A stretch of 64,000 bases of DNA from Felis catus. Taxonomy: Eukaryota. Below the pieces are notes generated by a model. It was given only the letters and a program-made list of their open reading frames with translations, was not told where the DNA came from and did no database searches. The position numbers were made by a program, and so were the translations under genes. The stretch is from NCBI RefSeq assembly GCF_018350175.1, contig NC_058373.1:118112001-118176000 (forward strand). The letters are read 5' to 3'. Numbering within the stretch: the first letter of the stretch is position 1; each line of letters begins with the position of its first letter. Below, piece by piece: positions 57,588 through 64,000 of this stretch.

Positions 57588-58391
57588 ATCTTAAGCAAGC
57601 TCCACACTCAGTGCAGAGCCTGATGCAGGACTTGATCCCACAACCCTGGGCTCATGACCTGAGTCAAAATTAAGAGTCAGCTGTTAACTGACTTAGCCAC
57701 CCGGGTGCCCCAGGAGTTCTTTAATTAATTGTCATCACTGAAAAATTTAAGGGAATTTTTAAAAATTTTGTGTGGGATTTTTTAAGGGAATTGACAAAGT
57801 ATCGTGGTGTTAGTATTTGATAGGCCATGGAATTTTCCTGAATACACTGCCTTTTCTTGTGTGTGCAATTTAAAAAAAAATTTTTTTTTTTTTTAACATT
57901 TATGTATTTTTGAGAAACAGAGTGAGACAAAGCGTGAGTGGGTGAGGGGCAGAGAGAGGAGACACAGACTCTGAAGCAGGCTCCAGGCTCTGAGCAAGCG
58001 GTCAGCACAGAGCCTGATGTGGGCCTCAAACCCACAAACTGTGAGATCATGACCTGAATCGAAGTTGGTCGCTCAACCGACTCAGCCACCCGGGCACCCC
58101 TTGTGTGTGCAATTTATTTGTACTACTTAATACACTTCTCACACTAGACAGATTTCCTTCAAGTCATTTTAATGAAAGTAAATGTTTGTCAATGTATAAA
58201 AACCTTTAAAAAAAAAAAACTACAGTCACCAATGGGAGATGCTGATGATTGCTTTATATCTGTTACTGTCTTTTCAGTTTTTTCTTTTCCTTTTCCAGGT
58301 ACTTGATGAAGAAGCAGAAGTTTTTATAGTCAAAATGTGGAGATTATTGATATATGAAACAGAAGCCAAGAAAATTGGTCTTGTGAAGTAA
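7294..58391 (+). CDS. RBM25: RNA-binding motif protein 25 (RED120), full spliced CDS span over 18 coding exons, 843 aa
   Basis: Exon translations join in consistent phase, from MSFPPHLNRPPMGIP through the RRM (TTVFVGNISEKAS...AFGFCEY), the RE/RD repeats and the PWI domain (IRPWINKKIIEYIGEEE) to KKIGLVK*. The summed length is 2532 nt and all introns are GT-AG. Confidence 0.98.
8470..8610. mobile_element. MER5-like (hAT-Charlie) DNA transposon fragment
   Basis: caggccctactcc...ctgattcagatcctc...ggggcctaggaat...tttgagaacca resembles the MER5 consensus. Confidence 0.5.
9970..10015. repeat. Compound microsatellite (TG)14(CG)9 inside a SINE linker
   Basis: Read directly from the sequence. Confidence 0.95.
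13903..13952 (+). CDS. RBM25: RBM25 coding exon 2 (GTPMIPVPMSIMAPAPT)
   Basis: ttttttcctcag| acceptor, |gtaagt donor, 50 nt, phase 1 to 0. Confidence 0.95.
15532..15699 (+). CDS. RBM25: RBM25 coding exon 3 (VLVPTVSM...VFVGNISEKASDMLIRQLLA), start of RRM with RNP2
   Basis: Overlaps ORF 15547..15777; tctag| acceptor, |gtaagt donor, 168 nt. Confidence 0.97.
18301..18353. repeat. (TTTA)n microsatellite derived from a SINE tail
   Basis: Read directly from the sequence. Confidence 0.9.
21574..21631 (+). CDS. RBM25: RBM25 coding exon 4 (KCGLVLSWKRVQGASGKLQ)
   Basis: ttttgaag| acceptor, AAG|gtaggt donor, 58 nt. Confidence 0.95.
26842..27002 (+). CDS. RBM25: RBM25 coding exon 5 (AFGFCEYKEPES...KKKASNG), RRM with RNP1
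   Basis: Inside ORF 26814..27017; tttttag| acceptor, GGG|gtatgt donor, 161 nt. Confidence 0.97.
27388..34998. mobile_element. CanSINE cluster in the longest internal intron: + copies near 27388, 27602, 28186, 28389, 29772, 30676, 31373, 32215, 33306, 33858, 34011, 34484, 34780; - copies near 32424-32646 and 32955-33167
   Basis: Same head/linker/tail architecture as the other CanSINEs. Confidence 0.9.
28695..28795 (-). mobile_element. Short carnivore L1 3'-end fragment
   Basis: ttcaagttagttaatatacagtgtagtattggtttcagaagtagaa...ataacacccagtg is typical of the antisense 3' end of carnivore L1. Confidence 0.65.
35870..36055 (+). CDS. RBM25: RBM25 coding exon 6 (NARPETVTNDDEE...KKKKEKKED)
   Basis: Poly-T then aaag| acceptor, GAC|gtatgt donor, 186 nt open frame. 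Confidence 0.95.
37425..37478 (+). CDS. RBM25: RBM25 coding exon 7 (IFRRFPVAPLIPYPLITK)
   Basis: ttttccgcag| acceptor, AAG|gttcgt donor, 54 nt. Confidence 0.93.
37717..37800 (+). CDS. RBM25: RBM25 coding exon 8 (EDINAIEMEEDKRDLISREISKFRDTHK)
   Basis: ctttttttag| acceptor, AAG|gtagta donor, 84 nt. Confidence 0.95.
39564..39605. repeat. (TA)n(TG)n microsatellite
   Basis: Read directly from the sequence. Confidence 0.9.
41338..41624 (+). CDS. RBM25: RBM25 coding exon 9 (KLEEEKGKKEKE...RE/RD repeats...RSRS)
   Basis: tttctag| acceptor, AAG|gtaagg donor, 287 nt, purine-rich RE/RD dipeptide repeats. Confidence 0.96.
42973..43195 (+). CDS. RBM25: RBM25 coding exon 10 (EKSRDRE...RE repeats...KEAAYQE)
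   Basis: tatatag| acceptor, GAG|gtaaat donor, 223 nt. Confidence 0.96.
43499..43588 (+). CDS. RBM25: RBM25 coding exon 11 (RLKNWEIRERKKTREYEKEAEREEERRREM)
   Basis: Poly-T then ag| acceptor, ATG|gtaatt donor, 90 nt. Confidence 0.96.
46105..46178 (+). CDS. RBM25: RBM25 coding exon 12 (AKEAKRLKEFLEDYDDDRDDPKYY-R)
   Basis: ttctcacag| acceptor, CAG|gtaaat donor, 74 nt. Confidence 0.96.
48549..48699 (+). CDS. RBM25: RBM25 coding exon 13 (GSALQKRLRDRE...PDAELQR)
   Basis: Inside ORF 48517..48708; ttttgcag| acceptor, AGG|gtgaga donor, 151 nt. Confidence 0.97.
50260..50298. repeat. (TG)n microsatellite
   Basis: Read directly from the sequence. Confidence 0.95.
51537..51861 (+). CDS. RBM25: RBM25 coding exon 14 (MEQEAERRRQPQ...IGLSLKL-G)
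   Basis: ORF 51537..51917; ttttag| acceptor, G|gtacgt donor, 325 nt. Confidence 0.97.
52234..52508 (+). CDS. RBM25: RBM25 coding exon 15 (GASNSPGQPNSVKRKK...PLDWSIVDS)
   Basis: Overlaps ORF 52266..52553; actatag| acceptor, TCT|gtgagt donor, 275 nt. Confidence 0.97.
52850..52948 (+). CDS. RBM25: RBM25 coding exon 16 (ILMERRIRPWINKKIIEYIGEEEATLVDFVCSK), PWI domain
   Basis: ttttgcag| acceptor, AAG|gttagt donor, 99 nt, contains the PWI tripeptide. Confidence 0.97.
53850..54045 (-). mobile_element. MIR fragment
   Basis: cccaacaaccttaggaagta...tatctccattttatacatgaagaaattgaggcttag is the reverse MIR core. Confidence 0.7.
54468..54515 (+). CDS. RBM25: RBM25 coding exon 17 (VMAHSSPQSILDDVAM)
   Basis: cttttag| acceptor, ATG|gtaagt donor, 48 nt. 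Confidence 0.95.
57537..57582. repeat. (GA)n microsatellite (expanded SINE linker)
   Basis: Read directly from the sequence. Confidence 0.95.
58299..58391 (+). CDS. RBM25: RBM25 last coding exon (VLDEEAEVFIVKMWRLLIYETEAKKIGLVK*)
   Basis: ttttccag| acceptor, TAA at 58389-58391. Confidence 0.97.
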   Translation, partial: VLDEEAEVFIVKMWRLLIYETEAKKIGLVK

Positions 58392-60000
58392 AACTTTTTA
58401 CATTTAGAGTTCCGTTTCAGATTGCTTCTTCTTTCCCACCCTTCAGAGGACTTTGACTTTTTCTTTGTCTTCAAAGACATTTGTGAGATCTGTAATTTTT
58501 TTTTTCAATGTAGAAAATGTGAATTTTTTTGTCCTCTAATTTGTTGATGCCCTGTGTACTCCCTTGGTTGTAAAGACATCTGAATCCTACCTTGGTTCTC
58601 TTTATACTCACCAGGTACAAATTACTGGTATGTTTTATAAGCCGCAGCTACTGTACACAGCCTATCTGATATAATCTTGTTCTGCTGATTTATTTCTTGT
58701 AAATATTAAAATGACTCCCCAATTCTTTTGCAGAATTGCACTTAATGTTGAACTGTACTGTATAGGAACCTACATGAATGATTTTAATTGAAAGAATACC
58801 CACCATACCTATTACCTTTCCCACCCCTTGATCAAAAATGGCAAGCCCTCCTGAAGGCATGGAATTTAAAATTAGAGTGCTAAGATTAGCAGACAATCCA
58901 TTCCTACTGTATCTCTGTATGAATGTGTTCGTGTGAATGTGTATAAATGTCTTACTTTTCCCTAATTTTCTTTGGAGGGCTCCCTTAAACATTTCCTTAT
59001 TGAAGAGTAGAATTCTAAAGGAAACGTGGTATTATGCCAAGCCAAATGTCTGGGATAATTAGGTTATTAGTGTCCCAGAGCATGGTATTCTCTTGTGGCC
59101 AGCAACAGTTTGGTGAATGGAATGGGGCTTTCCTGTTGATAGCTGGCTGCTTCAGCCTGTCTTTTTTAAGGGAACGTGAATCATAATGGTTTTCCCCTTA
59201 ATTTCATTGTTCAGAAATGAGGCAGATCCTTACATTCTGGAGAACGTTATTTGATGCATTTTTGCACTAATTGGTCCTTAGCTTTATTTTGGTGTATTCT
59301 TTTGTTTGAAAAAAACAAAACAAAACAAAACAAAAACCCCCTTAATCTGCAAAGCATAGATGAAAAAAATCATTTTTAAAAACAAAAGGTAAAATTAGGT
59401 AATTTTACAGACTAGGAAAATCTGGAAAAAAGACCAACAGGAATTGAGCATGGCAGTTTGCAAAGTTTACATCTTATTTTTAAGAGTGTAAAGTAAATCA
59501 TTTATGGCAGTTACCACTAATTTTTTGTTTTCACTTTTGTAAAGGTTTATATCTTATGAGTGTATATGCACGCACACACCTCGTTTACCTCTGCTCACCA
59601 ATGTTTAAAAAATATACTGATGGTGTTCTTAGAGACATATTATGGGGCTTTCTTTATTGTAGAACAGAATTTCACCAGGGAGCAAAATTACCTGAAAATG
59701 TAACAGGTTTTAAACAGTTCTTAACACAAATTAGGTGCAGTTATTCCCATGTCTGAGTATTTATTTAAAAGAAAGATAAAAATTGGGGGTAGTGGGGTTT
59801 GTTATAAAAGCATAACTGAGCTTGAGTTACTAGATTTTTTTTTTTACATCTTAAAAGGAATTTGAAACACTGTTCTTAACATTGAACCTTGAGGTGGTTC
59901 CATTATGTACATATTTCCAATATTAAAACTGTATATATTTGATCTTGGGGACCCATTCTTTCAGAGTCTTGTTAAATAAATGGCATCATGTTGTAATTGT
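58392..60000 (+). other. RBM25: RBM25 3' UTR (end approximate)
   Basis: Repeat-free AU-rich sequence after the stop codon, ending near the AATAAA at 59975. Confidence 0.7.
59975..59980 (+). terminator. Probable main polyadenylation signal AATAAA
   Basis: Canonical hexamer with UGUA elements upstream (59906, 59930) and GU-rich sequence after it. A variant ATTAAA lies at 59922, and a proximal ATTAAA at 58705. Confidence 0.6.
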
Positions 60001-60943
60001 ACAGTGCATACTAGAAACAGAACTTGAAAATGTGGGCTGAATTTTTGATGTACTTGATTTTTATGAGTGTTAGTAACTGAAGGTCAGAGGGGCCATTTGC
60101 CTTATTTTGGATTAATCTATACATTTGTGGAGAATACAGTCTTTTAGTATTATCATTTTTAAGTTCTGGTTTCTCCAGGGAAAATTTCAGAAAGTTCATG
60201 CTCCTTGCCATCTACAAATTGATTAGCCTTTTCTCAGATTAATCCCTCCAGCTTTGTACCTTGTTCAAACAGTTTATCATTCCTCTCTATCTTACTGTGT
60301 TACTGCTTTTAGGGCATCATATTAGGTTGTGTTTATTTAGCCAGCATTAGCATGAAGATTTATTCAGATAGATTTAATTTCTTTTGCTTTTATCTTCTCC
60401 AGCTCTCTCACTGTATTTATCTTGAGGGTCCCTATCTGCAAGTCTTGGGGCACATACCATATACTGTTTCACATCTCCACTAAGATTTGTGTTGCGATCC
60501 CAAACTCATACATCACATTTCTGCAGTGGGACAGGAGTGATCACAGTCACTGGGTTAAAGATCATTTGTAATGGTTTCCTATCCACTCAAGACCAGGTTT
60601 GCCACCAAGCTTATAAGGTTTTCAGTTTCTTGTTTTTCAGATTTGCATATAAAGAATCGGACATGTATAAACTAGTGTATTCTAGTGTTTGGGAGAATAC
60701 ACGTAAGAACATTTCTAATAAATTACTTGAGCTTTCTGGGTTATCTTTACCGTTTGCCCATAGATTAATTTCAATTTGGAAATCTTTATAGTGCCCATTC
60801 ATTCAAGTTGTTGTAAAATTACATGAAAATCTTGAGAATCATTCTTGACCTGGCAGAAAATAAATCATGCTTTTTCCTCATTTGATCCTATAAATAACAT
60901 TAAATATGTACATTTGTTAATGGAGGAAAGATCAGTTGTTTGA

Positions 60944-61110
60944 AGTAGTTTTTCTCAAACTTTAATGTGTACCTAAATCAGCTAGGGCTCTTATTACAAT
61001 GTAGACTCTGATTTAGTGGGGCTAGAGGGAGGCCTGAAAATTTGCATTTCTGACCAGCTTCTGGGTGATGCCAGTGTTAACTGATCTAGGGACTACATTT
61101 TGATTAGCAG
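60944..61110. mobile_element. MER5A-like hAT-Charlie MITE
   Basis: agtagtttttctcaaacttt...ggcctgaaaatttgcatttctgaccagcttctgggtgatgc...ggactacattttga resembles the MER5A consensus. Confidence 0.7.
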
Positions 61111-61174
61111 TTTAAGGTATGTTCTCAGTACAGGTTTCCCGTGCTATTGAAGTTGAGCGTTCCTGTGAAACATT

Positions 61175-61345
61175 TGATGTTTGTTTATTTTTGAGAGAAA
61201 AAGAATGCAGGCATCCGCGTGAGCAGGCGGGGTAGGGGTGGGGAATAGAGGGAGAGAGAATCCCAAGTACAGAGTTCTACACAGAGCTCAATCCCAGGAA
61301 CCATGAATCATGACCTGAGCCAACTGAGCCACCCAGGGGCACCCT
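61175..61345 (-). mobile_element. CanSINE, internally deleted
   Basis: tttatttttgagag...gagagaatcccaag...catgacctgagcc...gagccacccagg. Confidence 0.8.
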
Positions 61346-63254
61346 TGTGAAACGTTATGAAAGCTGAAATGGCATAAAGTGAAGACACAATAACCATTAA
61401 TTTATATGGAGAAATTATTTTGAGTATTTATTCCTGGCCCAAAGGTAACCTCTGTCACACTTATCTGATATCTTAGAATATGTCTTGCTAACAGACACAC
61501 AAAATATATCCAGATCAATCAGGGACACAGTTCAAAGCTGTGGTGGCCCTATGCTGAGTGTGGTCCCCCAGGAAGGAACTTGGTGGCGCTTCTCTTGCTG
61601 CCTCTGTAAGGGCTCACTGTAAAACAAACGCAGATTGCTATTTTTGCTGTATGTTCCCTTTTCTCGTAAAAGTGAAAATCCTGTTCAGATTTCTTTTGGT
61701 TGGGACAAAAAAGGTGCTAATGTAGGTCTATGTAGGTCTTGCGTAAAAGTGGAGTAACTTGACTTCTGAAAAGCCAGGGAAACCTGTACTAGTATTTTGT
61801 CCTAACAGTACACAAATGCAGTGTAATTTTCTTTTTAAGTGGACTTTAAAGAGAGAAACATTTTTTTTTTTTGAGGCAGATAGATGCATGTTATGTATGT
61901 TCATGAACATAACATAATCTTCCAAAAGTGGTGCCTGAGACTGACTGTAATATTCTAGGCTTTATTCCCAGCTAGTCCCAGAACATTTTCTCCTTAGAGA
62001 ACTGTTTTCACTTATTCTGGTTCTTACCATAACACTTGCATATGTAGTAGAGGCAAATGATTTTGTAGAGAGTGCTGTTTCTAATCAGGTACAAATCAGG
62101 CACCAGTGCTAGATACATGCTGGACAAATTGAGAAACAGCTCGCAAATCATATGAAACTAAACACTTACTGTCTCCTTCCATATGAAGTAAAAAAAAGTT
62201 GCAATGCTAATAAATAGTAGTGTGTATATGAGGCTTATTTACTCAGCTTTTTCTGATGAGTTCTATAATCGTTTTTACTTTCTACACAAAACTACTGAAA
62301 GCTTTTATGTCAGAATGTTTACAGATCTTTTCAGGTCATATATCAGACTTCTTTTAACAATATGAAATTGAGAAATAGTATTGCTCAACAAGGGATGTTG
62401 AAATTGATCTCTGAATGCCACTGCATATAAAGAGTATGAGACAGAATCCCAAATAGGCAGAGAAATGGTCAGTCTAGGTGTCAGGAAGGAAACTGGGAAA
62501 TTCACATATATGTATTTCAAACCCAAGAACTATTACTATAATATGCATACTGTGGGCCAAAGTGAGCTTATAATTTTTGATAAATGGTAGAATTTTTGAA
62601 ATGTGATTACGTTGAATTATTGATGTAATTTTGTTATTTACATTTGAGTGCTTACAGTTTCATCTTTATTCGACAGTATCTTTGCCTTTCATTTTATCAC
62701 TTACCTCGTATGAAGGCCAAGGTTAGGAATAGCAATCTAAAATGCCCAGGAAGAAAATAATTTCTATAAACAAAAGTAAATAAAAGTTTTTTTCAAGCCA
62801 TGTTGTCTGCATTAAATGACACTCCCACGTCTACCTACTTTGCCACATCACATAGTACTTGGATTTATGACCTAGCTTCTCGTGTCAAGTGGTGGCTGAA
62901 TTGTTAAGAGGCAGTCCTTTTGCTTTTTGGTGTATAACTTTTTAGCCATTGAAACACAATATGTGGCATTCATGTTAAAAGGTAGGTAGACTGATAGACA
63001 TTAATAAGACAAGATTCCTCTACTAGCAGACAGTAATGGTGAAGAAGGAATAATGAGAGGAATGCTAATATACACACAAAGTACTGTCTGAACTGTTGAA
63101 CTAACTTCATGGTTGAGAGGAAAGGGACATTAGATTCTTAGCAGAGGTAGTAATATGTAGAAGGGAACTTCGAGATCACATAGTCTACCCAATGCAACAG
63201 TGTTCTTGACAGATAGGTGTCTAGAGGCCTATATATAGGATTCTAATTCACCAT

Positions 63255-63363
63255 TTAGATCTGCACTATCAAAGATTTTACGTTTGTTAAATAATTTTGA
63301 AACTCAGTTCTTCAGTAACACTAGCATATTTCAAATGTTTGAATGTCACGTGACTAAAATATA

Positions 63364-63397
<34 letters not shown>

Positions 63398-63523
63398 TTG
63401 CCACACTATATTTCAAGTGCTGAATAGCCATATATAGCTAAGTGGCTAGCAATACTAGATGGACTGCAGATCATAGAACATGATTATGATTGCAGAAAGT
63501 TACATTGGACAGATCTGGTCTAG
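63255..63523 (-). mobile_element. MER3-like hAT-Charlie element interrupted by a (TA)n/poly-T tract at 63360-63399
   Basis: tttcaagtgctgaatagcca...agtggcta...atagaacat...tgcagaaagttacattggacagatctggtctag matches the reverse MER3 pattern. Confidence 0.65.
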
Positions 63524-63875
63524 ATGTTGACATCAACCTAAGGAGAGGGAAGTGCTTGTTAATAAAATTCCTCCACATGAAACGTTTCTCGCAAATCTTT
63601 GAAGCAATTAAATAGTTCTGAACAGCTATTTTTCCTGGTTTTTTTAAATAACAAAAGGAAAAATTAGTGAACGCTAGGTTGTAGAATCCAAAAACTACAA
63701 AGCTTCATTTCTTTCCTGTCAATTGAAAAATACTAGTAAATACACCCTAGTGAAGAGACTAGACTAGTTGTTACTATAGGTGAAAAGTCTATATATTAAA
63801 GTTTAGTTTTTAAGTATTTTATTGAGGCACACTTTTTAAAAGGAAGGGCCCAAGTTCTTGGTTAAGGAGGAGATT

Positions 63876-64000
63876 AGGGGTGCCTGGGTGGCTCAGTTGG
63901 TTAAGCATCCAACTTTGACTGTGGTCATGATCTCGCGGTTTGTGAGTTTGAGCCCTGCATCAGGCTCTGTGCTGACAGCTCAGAGCCTGGAACCTGTTTC
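63876..64000 (+). mobile_element. CanSINE running off the window end
   Basis: ggggtgcctgggtggctcagttggttaagc head. Confidence 0.9.

Larger units (their letters stand above)
43216..58100. mobile_element. CanSINE copies in the 3' introns: - near 43216-43394, 45444-45646, 46460-46672, 47290-47499, 49605-49797, 50345-50512, 50550-50736, 50820-50926, 53476-53692, 56674-56891, 57500-57711, 57881-58100; + near 46870, 47728, 48111, 49076, 49362, 51007, 53012, 54960, 56454, 57296
   Basis: Same head/linker/tail architecture as the other CanSINEs. Confidence 0.9.

Noticed and set aside
7638..58089. Dozens of 60-146 aa ORFs sharing motifs such as MAQSVERLTSAQVMISQFV and SLEPASDSVSPSLSAPP
   Set aside because: They are translations of CanSINE copies, not a protein family.
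7626..64000. tRNA-like A/B-box sequences, and the impression of a regularly repeated array (CRISPR-like)
   Set aside because: These are tRNA-derived SINE heads followed by CT linkers and A tails, irregularly spaced on both strands. There are no cloverleaf tRNA genes, no repeat-spacer periodicity and no cas genes.
60000..64000. Start of the neighbouring gene (PSEN1 lies downstream of RBM25 in human)
   Set aside because: No CpG island or recognisable exon; only old repeats and AT-rich sequence.

Overview
This is mammalian genomic DNA, almost certainly from a cat-family carnivore, judged from the abundant felid-type CanSINEs and an L1_Fc-like 3' end. The window holds the whole coding region of the splicing factor RBM25 (RED120) on the + strand. 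There are 18 GT-AG coding exons, from the ATG at 7294 to the TAA at 58389-58391. I assembled them by hand to 2532 nt, i.e. 843 aa plus stop, with consistent exon phases. The protein has a Pro-rich N-terminus, an RRM, an RE/RD repeat region and a PWI domain. A 3' UTR of about 1.6 kb probably ends after the AATAAA at 59975. The promoter and first non-coding exon lie upstream of the window. Introns carry roughly 65-70 CanSINE copies (many nested or inverted) plus L1, L2, MIR and MER fragments. The most interesting structure is a SINE-free block of about 8 kb (35000-43200). Within it, the intron at 37801-41337 contains four candidate cassette exons, each with an in-frame premature stop. The same intron has a G-quadruplex-capable G tract and intronic poly(A) signals. 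Together these look like a multi-poison-exon (AS-NMD) autoregulatory module; this is inference and needs RNA-seq and conservation checks. I see no prokaryotic-type system, and most of the supplied ORFs are repeat noise.
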